DNA from: the human T2T-CHM13v2.0 reference genome, Homo sapiens
Assembly: GCF_009914755.1 (NCBI RefSeq)
Contig: NC_060933.1
DNA: 64,000 nucleotides
Direction: 5' to 3' (one strand)
In this document: piece after piece, positions 20,310 through 32,396 of the stretch
Position numbering within the stretch: position 1 is the stretch's first letter
Layout: each line of letters starts with the position of its first letter
Notes under the pieces: model-generated
What the model was told of the DNA's origin: nothing
Databases searched by the model: none
Seen by the model: the letters and a program-made list of their open reading frames with translations, nothing else
Translations under genes and position numbers: made by a program

Positions 20310-22090
20310 TACTTTAATAAAAAATTACTATGAAGAATTTCCAAGATGCAGAAAAGTAAAAAGAACACACCTACCAACTAGATTCAACAATTGTTAACAT
20401 TTCTGCTCGACTTGCTTTATCTATCTCTTTATACTTTTTGCTGAATCATGACACCTTATCTATAAATAATTCAGCATGGATTTCTGAAAAAACATAGTCT
20501 TCAACATAACCCACAATATCGTCTAATAAAATTAATGAGTTTCCTAGTATCATTCTATACATAGCCCATGTTCAGATTTCCCTGTCTTCAAACTGTCTTT
20601 GATCACAGTTTTCGTCAAATCAGGATTTCATCAAGGGCTGTGCATTTCCTTTGGTTGTTATGTCTATTAAGTCCTCTTTGGTCTGAAGCCATCAGCTCTT
20701 TTTTTATGACACTAAGCTGTTCAAGAGGCATGGATTTGTACCCTGTCCCATGTTCTGGATTCTTCTGATTATTTCCTTGTGGTGGCATTCACTTTTTTTT
20801 TTTTTTTAATCCCCTATGTTTCCCTCAAACTGGATAAGTCCAAAGGTCTGATTTGATGAAGGCTGAACTTTTTGGCAGGAATATTTCCTAGTTGGTGCTG
20901 AGTGTGTCTTCTGTTGTATCACACCGGGAGGCAAATAGTGTCTGAGCATCCTACTATTACTGATGATAAGTTTGATGACTGGGTGAGGGTGGCGACAGCC
21001 AGCTCTCTGTATGGTTGGGCTGCGTTTTTGCCTTTATGACTCAAGTGGGTAATGTTCTCGCTCTGTGCGGACATCTAGTTCCCATCAACTTTTCATCTAA
21101 CAGTTTTAGCATCCACTGAGGACTCTTGCCTGAAATGATATTTCATTAGGGGTTGCAAAATGATGATTTCCTAACTGCATCATTCCTCCCACATTTATGA
21201 GTGGGCATTCTTCCAAGAAGAAGAACTTTTATGCATCAAAAGTGACGGATAATTTGGTTTCTCTGAAGTACAACTTCTGTCGAAAAGGCACGGAATCACA
21301 CTTAGTTCTTTCTCTTCGATTAAGGAGTCACTTCAGTTGTGGCAAGGGAGGCTTTACTGTTTTGAATTTTGCTTTCTCTTTTTTGAGTATCATTATGTGC
21401 ACATGGATTATATTATTCAATGTGTTTCAATTGAGCACAGTTATTATTCTCTTTTGGGCTCAAGTTGTCCCAAATTTAGTCAGTGGGAGCTCCTTCAAGC
21501 TGGTTCCTATGTCCTTTTGATATGTCCCTATTTGTCTTTGAGAACTTCTTTGTTTTATGGAATAAGCCATCATCCCAGGCTCACCTTATAAATTGCCTGC
21601 CCCAGACCTGGAATTAGCCACTTCTCCAAGGAACCCTCGTGGGGAATGGTATTTAGAAACCAAGATCTAGGTACTGGTGGTGATCATTGTTATTGAAACT
21701 TTGGGCCATCATTGCTTCTGGATCAATTGCTCTATCTATCTATCTATCTATCTATCTACCTATCTATCTATCTATCTATCTACCTACCTACCTGCCTATC
21801 TACCTACCTATCAATTTATCATCTATCTCTATCTGGAGAACTTATACTGATATTTCCAATTCAAATTTCACATTGTAGATCTTTTACTTAGCTCATTTGA
21901 TTTGATACTTGCAGCTGTCTCTTACATTTGTTTATAAGAAAAAAATCTTGATTCTGAAAATATTGACATCTTTACTTATTTGCTTTATCCAACAAGATAT
22001 ATAAAATGGGTTCAAAATCACAGTGCTGATAGTTCTTCCAAATAAAATCTACTCACTAAAGTTTTTTTTTTTTTTTTTTTTTTTTTTGCA
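20310..22090 (-). mobile_element. Old L1 (L1MC-like) antisense fragment containing a (CTAT)n repeat at ~21730-21835
   Basis: AT-rich; ccaggctcaccttataaattgcctgccccagacctggaattagccacttctccaaggaaccc. Confidence 0.6.
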
Positions 22091-23641
22091 GTTCTTGTTG
22101 TCCTCCTACTGAGAAAGGATAGTTGAACCGCCGGGTTTGGAATTCACTTGGAGATGTTCTTTTCTCTCTGTGGTTGTGGTACCGATTTTATGGTTGAGCT
22201 CACTGTCTTTCAGTTTTAGGGTTTGCACAGGATGGACGCTCTTTGAGATAACTTGGCCTGGAAAGAGAAGGTCCAGACTTGAAGGGGCTCCCTTCCTCTC
22301 CCTCTGTCTTGGTTTCCTTGCTGGAATCTAGGTGACTTGGCTATTGCAAAGGAGGAGGTGTGAGCTGGGGAGAGGAGGGGTATGGAGTGAGGTGCCTGAG
22401 AGGTGGACTTGAGGTCAGCCTGATAGCTCTGCCCAGGAGATGCATGTCCTACTGAACTCACACAGCCAGCAGGTGCCTCCTGAGCACTCACTCTGTGCCT
22501 GGCAGTGAGCTCAGGGCTGAGACACACATGGGCACAGCAGAGGTTCTCTGCCCCCACAGAGATCCCAGGCCAGTAAGGATGAGAAGCCCGAATCCAATAA
22601 ATGTGAATGACTGGAGTGCAGATTGCTGCAAAATAGTATGTATCAGGGAACAGAGCCTTTTCAGGATTAGAGAGGGCTCTTCAAGCAGCGAGCTGAAGTA
22701 TAGCAAGGAGATGGTCGATGAGGAGGCAGGGCATTCCTGCAAAGAACACGGCATGTATGGGTGGGGGCTGCCTGCGGGAGGGGTGGGGTCCAGTGTAGCA
22801 GGCAGGGGGAGGCAGTGGCACAGTGACCTTGGGTTGGCATAGGTGCCTAGGACCATAGAACCTAGGGTCTTGAAGGCCATGGTCAGGATTTGGAGAAACT
22901 AAATAAGTTTGTGCTCAGTTTGTGGTAGGGGGAGTATCTCTGAGGGAGTTTGGGAACCTCCCGAAGTCATACCCTAAATGTGTACCTAAGGGATAGGATG
23001 ATATCCCAGGCAAAGGGTCCTTACCTTTTATCTGATTCTCAGTGGCACTTGTCCAAAAGATGTAAGACTTTAGAATGAATAATCAATTATAGAAACCAAG
23101 GATTTAGGTCTTCTCAATATTGCAAAAATCCATCCAGCAATTCCTTACTTCTGTGGACTGGAAAGAGACCTGAAGTCTTTGCAGCAGTGCCTCTCAGTCC
23201 TGCTTAGGGAACGTGGCGCCCTGGTGGGAGCACAGTTGGAGGCCCCTGGGATAATCAGTCATGAACTACATGGGTCTGGGGGAGTTTCCAGATCTCCAGG
23301 GTTCATTGTGTGTAAGAGGCACCAAGAGGGCTTCCTGGAGGAAGTGTGGGTGCTGTGGAAGGAGGCCAGGTGGAGAAGTGGGGAAGAGTCTTCCCAGTAG
23401 AGGGACACACCCTTGCTCCTTCCCTCTGTGCTGAGTCCTCCGAATGCCTCAATTCAGGCTTCACAGCTTGGAGCCTATGGAAGCCAGGAGGGTCACAATG
23501 TGTGAATTGGGCCTGGTGTTGGACATGGAGGAGTGGGGTGGCCTTGGGCGACCTGGAAAGTTTGTATGCTGCCTAAAATCCATGGGAGGGGGAAGACATT
23601 GTGGGCACCTGCCGGCATCAGCTCCTCATACTTGCCTCCAG

Positions 23642-23813
23642 GTGCTGAAGTGGGTGGAGTCAGCGATCCAGGCCTCCAAGGTGCACCTGCTGTCCACAGA
23701 CCACGAGGAGGAGGGGGAGCACACATGGAGACTCCCCTTTGACCCCAGCCTGAAGGAGGTCACCATCTCATTGAGTGGGCCAGGGCCTGAGATTGAAGTC
23801 CAAGATCCGCTGG
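23642..23813 (+). CDS. HMCN2: HMCN2 exon 5: [21 protein letters not shown]...[25 protein letters not shown](G)
   Basis: cttgcctccag|GTG...CTG G|gtatgg; 172 nt, phase 0-1. Confidence 0.94.
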
Positions 23814-24452
23814 GTATGGACCACCCCGGGGCTGGCCTCCTCTTTGGCCCCAAGACTGAGGTGGAAGCCCAGGATGGGACAAAGAAAGAGACCAAGGGTG
23901 ACAGGGCTTCAGACATGAGGCTCCAGGAATAGGGAAATATGGGGTGGGGGGGACACGAAGTGGAGAGAGGGCGCCCATGGTGTGCGAGGAAGCAGGAGGG
24001 CCATAGCAACCGGCGATGGGAATTAAAGTAATGGCGGTCCCTGCATCGTGAGACTCTCCCCAAGTCTTTTCCGTGGTACCCCAGTGGATTCTCATGGTGG
24101 TGAGAACTTGTAGCATATTGTACAGATGGGAAGCTGGGGTTCCAGGTGCTGAGTGCTCATCAAGGTCAACAGAGTCAGGGGAAGTGTGATTCAGACATGG
24201 TCACCTGACCCCATGGTGTTCTGAGGATGTCATGAGCACCCAGGTCTAGAGGCCGGGCACACAGACTGCCCCTGGGGATCCCTGAGGGTGGAGCGTGGAG
24301 TGAGGCAGTGGCTGAGGACCACCAAGACCCCTTGTCACTTCCGGGAAGACTGAGGCTAGTGTTTGGTGTACTGTGGATTCCTGGAGACATGCGGGGCTCC
24401 TGCCACCCCCAGCAAAGGGTTAGGGACTGAGCAGCCCTTGGGGCTTCCACAG

Positions 24453-24559
24453 GGAGGATCCTGCAGGAGGACGAGGGCCTCAACGTGCTTCTCAACATCC
24501 CTGACTCGGCCAAGGTCGTAGCCTTTAAGCCTGAGCATCCGGGGCTGTGGTCCATCAAG
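24453..24559 (+). CDS. HMCN2: HMCN2 exon 6: [35 protein letters not shown]
   Basis: cttccacag|GG AGG...AAG|gtaggg; 107 nt, phase 1-0. Confidence 0.95.
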
Positions 24560-25460
24560 GTAGGGGCACTGGGTTGCAGGAGAAAGGTCAACTAGCTTTA
24601 CTGGGCTGGAACCATCTTCCTCCTACTTGCCCTGGGGAGCCTGTGGCCTCGGGAAGCTGATGGCTAGAGTGTGGGTGGTGATGTGGTCGTATCAATAGAA
24701 GTAAAGGGTCAAGGACAGAGAAAGGGCATTTTGCCTTGTACCAGTAGGAAGAAATAGAGTGGTTTGGGGTTACTTTGGGAACATTTAAGAAGGACTTGGA
24801 GAAATGACTTCAGGGTTCAGAGGTGCATAACCAAGCTGTGAAGAATGTGTAAAAGAAGCAACAGCAACTTTGGTGGGAGGGCTCAGTGGGGCAGGGCTGG
24901 CAGGAAGAGGAGGGCCCTGCTATAATCTACAGGGTGCTGGGAGCCAGGGACTGTGGGCCAGTTTGGCTCCCAACAGAGCATCCTGGGATGGGCAGGCTGC
25001 TGCCCTGGAAGAGTGGGGGCTCCTGCTGACCAGGCAAACATTTATTGAGCACCTTCTGCAGGCACTGTGCTAGGTGTTGCAGGTAAAGTGGCAGTACCAC
25101 CTCCTGCCTTTCAAACTCTGAGCACCTCTGAGCCAAGAGCTGTAATGCCAATGGGGAGGGCAAGGCAGGGAGTTAGACATTCACGGGAACAGACAGGGCC
25201 TGCCGGGGCTGAGGCGAGCTGAGGGGCAACACAGCCTCAAGAGGGCTGCTCAGGTTTGGGTTGTAAGCTGGGGCTTCAGCTCCTTCATTTGGGGAGCATC
25301 GTGCTGGGCCCCTTGGGAGGAGGTAAGTTGCCCATGTGTCTACAAAAGCAGGAGGATTCCAGCTGCTGATGCAGGGCTGGGTCAGGTTGGTCACCTCCTG
25401 CCCTAAGCTGGAGTGCTGGGGTCCCATCCTCTGGTGATGTGAGACCTGGGCCTGCGCTAG

Positions 25461-25581
25461 GTCTATAGCAGTGGCCGCCATTCAGTGAGGATCACAGGCG
25501 TCAGCAACATTGACTTCCGAGCCGGCTTCTCCACTCAGCCCTTGCTGGACCTCAACCACACCCTCGAGTGGCCCTTGCAAG
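25461..25581 (+). CDS. HMCN2: HMCN2 exon 7: [40 protein letters not shown](G)
   Basis: cgctag|GTC...CAA G|gtacag; 121 nt, phase 0-1; matches hemicentin [19 protein letters not shown]. Confidence 0.94.
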
Positions 25582-26749
25582 GTACAGTACCCCGACCCTA
25601 CAGACAGTGCTGAGCTGCCTCTGAAGACCTGGGGCTTGGCTTTGGGAAGTAGGGGGGAGGTGTGGGGGGAATGCTTGGCTGTGTGTGACTGTGAAAGGGA
25701 CCCTGCAGGAGGCCAAGTGGGACTGTGCTCCCAGACCACAGTGATGTAAACTGAGCTTCCAGGCCAGCATTCTTTCCACTAGCCCCAGCCCAAGTGACAT
25801 TGTGACATTTACCTTTAGAACATCCTCCGTGCCTCCACAGTCAGTGTCCTGGAGGACACTTACACTGTGCCCTTTATTATTGAGTTCACACCTTCTTCTT
25901 TCTTTTTGTCAAAACATATCTGCCTAGAGTCCTACTTCTTCAGTTTTCCAGTGAACAGCAGGCTAGTTCAATGAAAGAACACATGCCAGTGAGTTGATGG
26001 CTTACCAAAAAGGAGAGCAGTGCCTTACTCCAAAGGAAGGAATGTCCTGGGGGACATTTGGGTGTCCCAAGACTGAGGAAGGTTGGAGGAGCCTGGGGGG
26101 GATATTGAGGGTGGAGGCACAGGCATCCAATTCGAAGCCACCCACCAGGGTCCGAGGATGCCTGCATGCCCGCTATGGTTCTGCTGGGAGAAGCCTGGGC
26201 ACCGAGGCAGGTTTCTGGTGCGGGCTGCCTGAGCTCCACGCCAGAAAATACCATCTGGTGGCCAGATCAAAGGTCTCAATTTATAGTTGGGAAAATATAG
26301 TCCCTGCCATGGGGCCATTTGGAGACTTTTGCAGGGACCAGCTCAGCTCAGCTCCTCCTGGGAGGAGCCTGGATCAGGTCAGGCTGACTCTGGACCCTGA
26401 ACAGTGACCAAAAATGGTGCAAGCCAGACCTTTAGTGCTTTCTTTCGAGTCTGTCTGCTCTAATGTTTGTTATTCTTGTCAGCCCTTGCCGGTTTTCCTG
26501 CCAGGACCAGGAGTCACATCTTGAAAGTGAAAAGGGGCTGCTTGCTCAGTTTGTTTGTTTTGCCGATAGCAGAAAGGGAAGAAGCAGGGAAACTTTGATT
26601 CTACTGTTAAGCCAGGAGAGCTAAGATATCCTATGTGTAGTGATGGCGCGGGGACTGAAAACTGGCCTGTCCCCAGTGGAAGTGGGTGCAGGAGGCCACA
26701 TGCGACCCTGTTGGGTTTCTGCTCTTGATAAAGATGTATATCCAAGATA

Positions 26750-27040
26750 ATTTTTTTTTGAGATGGAGTCTCACTCTGTCACCCAAGCTGGAGTGCAGTG
26801 GTGCGATCTCTGCTCACTCTAACCTCTGCCTCCTGGATTCAAGCAATTCTCTTGCTTCAGCCTCCCGAGCAGCTGGGATTATAGGTGCGCGCTACACACC
26901 TGGCTAATTTTTGTATTTTTAGTAGAGACAGGGTTTTGCCATGTTGGCCAGTTTGGTCTTGAACTCCTGACCTCAGGTGATCTGCCTGCCTCAGCCTCCC
27001 AAAGTGCTGGGATTACAGTCATGAGCCACCATGCCAGGCC
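26750..27040 (-). mobile_element. Alu (S-type)
   Basis: Full dimer; TSD ccaagataattttttt. Confidence 0.92.
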
Positions 27041-27067
27041 AAGATAATTTTTTTTAAAGAGAAACAT

Positions 27068-27306
27068 TTGGGAGGCCAAGGTAGGAGGATTGCTTGAGGC
27101 CAGGAGTTCAAGACCAGCCTGGACAACACAGCAAGACCCCATCTCTACAAAATTTAAAAAATTAGCCAGGTATAGTGGTGCATACCTGTAGTCTCAGCTA
27201 CTCGGGAGGCTGAGGTGGGAGTATTGCTTGAGCCCAAGAGTTTGAGGCTGCAGTGAGCTGTGATTGCACTACTGCACTCCAGCCTGGATGACAGAAAATT
27301 TAAAAA
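27068..27306 (+). mobile_element. Alu (J-type, 5'-truncated)
   Basis: gaggattgcttgaggccaggagttcaagaccagcctgg...tgagcccaagagtttgaggctgcagtgagc. Confidence 0.88.
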
Positions 27307-27604
27307 GACATTATGAAATTGGAGTCCAGTTCTACCTCTTCTGGGATAGTGTGAAAAGTACCACATTTCCATCAAGACAGTAAAGAAAACCAAAGAAAAC
27401 CTGAACACGGGGAGAGTCTGGTCAGAAGTTGGAGTCCCCAAACTTGGTGTTTGCTTTATCTGAGGCCATTCCCTGAAGCCTGTCTGATTATGGCCCACAC
27501 CAGAGTTAATGGGGTGGGGGACAGTTCTACTCCATGGGACTCCAACTCAGTGCAGTCAGAGGGGATGCAGCCATTGGGAAGCCGTGGTTGGACGACTGTG
27601 GTGT

Positions 27605-27625
27605 TTCAGCACCACGGACAGTAGC
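27605..27625 (+). promoter_or_regulatory. RE1/NRSE (REST/NRSF binding site)
   Basis: TTCAGCACCACGGACAGtagC; the first 17 nt are identical to the canonical TTCAGCACCACGGACAGCGCC. Confidence 0.8.
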
Positions 27626-27811
27626 AAGGTCCCTATCTACCTATCCCACCCCCAGCGTTGGTCAGCACCAGGGTAGGTAGGGAAGGAGGGACCAGGTAGG
27701 AAGGGCCAGGCAAGCAGGACCCCTGGGGTGTGGTTCGAGGGCCCCTACTTGAGGGGGATCACAGAGGCAGACACTGACGCCAGCACTTTGTTCTTCACCT
27801 TCCCTCTGCAG

Positions 27812-28075
27812 GAGTCCCCATCTCCCTGGTGATCAATTCCACGGGCCTGAAGGCACCCGGCCGCCTAGACTCGGTGGAGCTGGCACAAAGCTCAGGGAAG
27901 CCCCTCCTGACTCTGCCCACGAAGCCCCTCTCCAATGGCTCCACCCATCAGCTGTGGGGCGGGCCGCCCTTCCACACCCCCAAGGAGCGCTTCTACCTCA
28001 AGGTGAAGGGCAAGGACCATGAGGGAAACCCCCTCCTTCGTGTCTCTGGAGTGTCCTACAGTGGGGTGGCCCCAG
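27812..28075 (+). CDS. HMCN2: HMCN2 exon 8: [23 protein letters not shown]...[28 protein letters not shown](G)
   Basis: ttccctctgcag|GA...CCA G|gtgagt; 264 nt, phase 1-1. Confidence 0.95.
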
Positions 28076-28289
28076 GTGAGTGGTTGGCTCTTTTGTCTCC
28101 CAGGCCCCTGGCTCATTCAGAGTCCCATTTCATCCTGGAGCCTTCCCTGACTGGATTAGATTAAATTAGATTAGAAAGTGTTTGTTCATTAAGCTTCTAT
28201 GGACAGCTATTCCCTATAAGGCATTATGTTAAATACTAAGATGCTCAGATGTGGCTCTCAGCTCAAGGATTTAGAACAAAGTCATCAAG

Positions 28290-29085
28290 TCAACTATCCA
28301 TTCATCCATCTACCCATTCATCCATCCACCCATTCATTCATGCACTGACCCATTCACTCACCCACCCATCCACCCACCCATTCATCCACTCATGCACCCA
28401 CCCATCCACTCACCCATCCATCTACCCACTCATTCATCCACTCATCCACCCACCCATTCATGCATCCATTGACTCACCTATTCATCCATCCACCCACCCA
28501 TTCACTCACCCATCCACCCACCCATCCACCCACCCATTCACTCACCTATCCATCTACCCACCCATTCATCCACTCATCCACCCATCCATTCATGCATGCA
28601 TTGACTCACCTATTCATCCATCCACCCACCCATTCACTCACCCATCCACCCACCCATTCACTCACCCATCCATCTACCCACCCATTCATGCACTCATCCA
28701 CCCACCCAATCATGCATCCATTGACTCACCTATTCATCCATCCACCCACCCGCTCACTCACCCACCCATCTACCCATTCATGCATCCATCCACTTACCCA
28801 TTCATGCATCCATCCACTCACCCATTCATGCATCCACCCACCTACCCATCTATCCACTCACCCATCCACTCACCCATTTGCTTACCCATCCGTCTACCCA
28901 TTCATGCATCCATCCACTCACCCATTCATGCATCCACCCACCCATCCATCTATCCATTCATTCATCCACTCACCCATCCATCTACCCACCCATTCACTAT
29001 TAATTCACCTATCTATCCATCTATTTATCCATCTATCCACCCATTCGTCCACCCACCTGTCCACCCACCCATCCATCTACTCAGC
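28290..29085. repeat. (CCAT/CCAC/TCAC)n tetranucleotide low-complexity repeat, ~800 bp
   Basis: Seen directly; source of the spurious HPSTHPF ORFs. Confidence 0.95.
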
Positions 29086-30832
29086 ATTCATTTTGAGTAT
29101 CTACTATGTACCAGTCATGGTGCTAGGCACTGTAGACACAGCAGTGGGCAGGGCAGACATGGACTTTTGCTCTTCCATAATCACAATCACTGTCATAATC
29201 ACAATCATCCGAGTCACCATTTGGACACTTTCCATGGGGCAGTCCTGGGCCAAGCTCCTGCCATGTGCTAGCTCACTGATGCTTACAGCTTTTCAGAGAT
29301 GTGTCCCCACTTCATAGATAAGGAAACTGAGCCCACCCAGCTCACAGGGCTGCCGTGGGGGTGCCCAAGCTAATGCACACAACAAGACAGCATTTGGGTC
29401 CTCAGAGGCTGCACTCAGAATGTATCCATTTGTGGGCAAGGGCCCTCCAGTGTGGCAGCTGCTGTTACCGTTACATCATTGCAGGAACAGGTCACTTTGT
29501 CCTCCAATCTTTGGCCATGGTCTGTTGGTTCCCGTATGTGTGGCTTTTTGCTGGTTTCCTGTGTGTCCCTGAGTTCTCACCGTTCAGGCTGGAAGCTCCC
29601 AGGGAGAAGGGTGGATCTTTGGCCTTTCAGGTCTGCCCCTGGTCCTAACAGGGTTGTCTAGGGCCACTGGCCATCTGGCTTCCTTGCTGGCTTCATTGCC
29701 TTTCTCCTGCCCACTGTCTCCCTCCCCTGGAGGTGGCCCGAGGGGAGCTTACAAAGGTGGATGTCATTAACATTCTAGTACTTCTTTGTGGGGGATCTCA
29801 GTGAGAGGCATCCTCCTCTGTCCACTTCAAATAAGGATGCAGGGAGGGGAAGAAGGGCCAGCTCTTGAGGCTGGCCACGGTGCCCATCGTGCCTACAGTG
29901 CCCATGGTTGGTGGAGGACTTTGAGGACCTGGGTGGGGCAAGGCAGGGCTGGGCAGGAGAGCTGGAGACCTCTTCTTTCCAGCCTCCCAGCTTCCACTCC
30001 CCTACTGTGGTTCCGGGGCCTCTCTTCCCTTGGCCTTTGCAGCCTTGAGGAGGAACTTTCAGGAAGGAATTTCAGCAGAGGGAATAACAGCCTCTATTTT
30101 CTTTCCCCTGTTCTTTCAGATGGATCCAAGAGTTTGGAGTTTAGCTCTGGCTTTTGTTCTCTATCTCAGCTCTAGATTAAAGTTGGGGAAGGGATTTGGT
30201 TTGGATTTTTGCTTCCTTCCCCGCCCTCCAGGTCTGGGAGGCTGGAATTTCGCCTTGTAGCAGGTGGCTCTGGGTTTGGAGAGATGAGGGTGGGCCTGTG
30301 GTCCCATTTAGCTCATGGAAATGGGGAGCCCAAACTGGCTTGGCAGAGGCTCCCAGGGTGCGTGGGTGAGTGGCGACTGCTTTGCACACAGCCGAGGACG
30401 TGGCTGGATGGTCAGACACCCCTCCCCCCCCGGGACAGATGTGGCAGGGAGCCTGGAGCATGATGTCACCGCCGCCTTCCCATCCCCAGCCTGGGCTCCG
30501 AGGAGGTCTAGTGCATTGTCTCATTCCCGGAGCATCTCTGCTGGGCTCCTCTGCTGGCGGGGATGGGGAGACGGTGACACAAAGGTTGAGCCCTTGCCAG
30601 GGGGCACCCAGCTCTGATGGGCCATGGCTGACCCAGCGGGGCAGTTTCTCAGACTTCTCCATTGAAGTAATTCCAATAGCCAAGGGAAGAGACTGTGTCA
30701 CTCCAAGACCAGGCTTGGGCCAGGGAGGGGTCCCATGGGGCTCATTACAAGCTATGAGATTTTACTGAAGTCTCTGGTTTTATCTCAAAAATGTGTGTGA
30801 ATTTTGCATTTATACCCATCCTCTAGCTGTGC

Positions 30833-31133
30833 TTTTTTTTTTTTTTTGAGATGGAGTCTCGCTCTGTAGCCCAGGCTGGAGTGTAGTGGTGTGATCTTGG
30901 CTCACTGCAGTCTCCGCCTCCCGGATCCCAGTTCAAGCAATTCTCCTGCCTCAGCCTCCTGAGTAGCTGGGATTACAGGAACGCGACACCACGCCCAGCT
31001 AAGTTTTGTATTTTTAGTAGAGACAGGGTTTCACCATGTTGGCCAGGCTGGTCTTGAACTCCTGACCTCATGATCTGCCCACCTCCGCCTCCCAAAGTGC
31101 TGGGATTACAGGCGTGAGCCATCGCGCCTGGAC
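30833..31133 (-). mobile_element. Alu (S-type)
   Basis: Full dimer. Confidence 0.92.
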
Positions 31134-31644
31134 TGGTGGGCTCATTTTTAAATGAAAAGGCTTCTTTCTAACAAATTTCGATAAAACTGATGTTCTAGGC
31201 GGAGAAGCAATTGCACAAACCCACCCATACCCCTGGGGAGCCTAATCCTAGTTGGTAGCATTTCATCAGATTTCATACAGTTGAGACAGTGTAGTGGAAG
31301 GGCCTGGTCCAGGCTGGCCAACCTTGAATTGAATAGTCTAATAAACCACAAAAGCCCCAGGAGCTGTGCCTAGGGGAGCTGGTGATGCCACACACATTGT
31401 GCCATGAGTTCCCCATGTACCACTTCTCACCAGCTCCTCCAGCTCCTCAGGACAACAGGACGAGGATGGTACCATGATCACCCCATTTTGCAGAGGTGAA
31501 AACTGAGCTTAGAGAGGTGACCAGGGGAGCCAGGGGTTGAATCCTGGCCTCCTGGCTGCTGGTGCATCCCTACAGGTCTCTGTGTCACTGGGTGTGGCAA
31601 AGGGGCGGTGGGGAGACATTCTGAGTCCTGGTCCCCGCCTACAG

Positions 31645-31789
31645 GCGCTCCCCTCGTCAGCATGGCCCCCAGGATCCATGGCTACCTGCACCAGCCCCTG
31701 CTGGTCTCCTGCTCGGTGCACAGTGCCCTTCCCTTCCGGCTGCAGCTGCGGCGAGGTGAAGCCAGGCTGGGCGAAGAGAGGCACTTTCA
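31645..31789 (+). CDS. HMCN2: HMCN2 exon 9 (Ig1 N-half): [47 protein letters not shown](Q)
   Basis: cctacag|GC...CA|gtgagt; 145 nt, phase 1-2. Confidence 0.95.
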
Positions 31790-32274
31790 GTGAGTGGCCC
31801 ACGGCAGCTGATTGTCCCCAGCCACAGGGCTCCTGGCTGCTGAGGCCCTGGAGGGATCTCAGGGGAGTGGGTGGCAGGAGAGAGACCTTGGTCTCTGTCA
31901 TTATCCTCCTGGGCAGCCCAGCCTGGGACTTCCAGTGCAGCCAGGGATGGAGAGGAGTTTTTCCGAGACTCCCACCACTGCTGGGCCATCAGCTGGTGAA
32001 GGAGCCGGGGGCCTTCCTCAGCTCCTGGAAAACTCAACCCATGTGTCAGGGCAGGAAGGATGGGAGCCCAGGACTCAGAGAGAGGAAGGGCCTGACTCCA
32101 AGTCACACAGCATGTCATGGAATTTCCATGTGCTTGGCTGTGTATGTCTTCTTACCGCATCTCACAGAGGAATTGGGGTCTCTCGTTTGGGCAGGATTCA
32201 GGGGACTGAAGTCGGGGGGGACCCTGAGTGGGGGTCAGTGTGATTGTGTGTCTCCCACTGTTCCCTGTTTGCAG

Positions 32275-32396
32275 GGAGTCGGGAAACAGCAGCTGGGAGA
32301 TCCTGCGGGCCTCCAAGGCCGAGGAGGGCACGTACGAGTGCACAGCCGTCAGCAGGGCTGGGACCGGGCGAGCAAAGGCCCAGATTGTTGTCACAG
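32275..32396 (+). CDS. HMCN2: HMCN2 exon 10 (Ig1 C-half): [40 protein letters not shown]
   Basis: ccctgtttgcag|G...ACA G|gtctgt; 122 nt, phase 2-1; EEGTYEC Ig motif. Confidence 0.95.

Noticed and set aside
28249-29317. 340-aa and 285-aa His/Pro-rich ORFs
   Set aside because: Translations of the CCAT/CCAC simple repeat, which lacks stop codons by composition.
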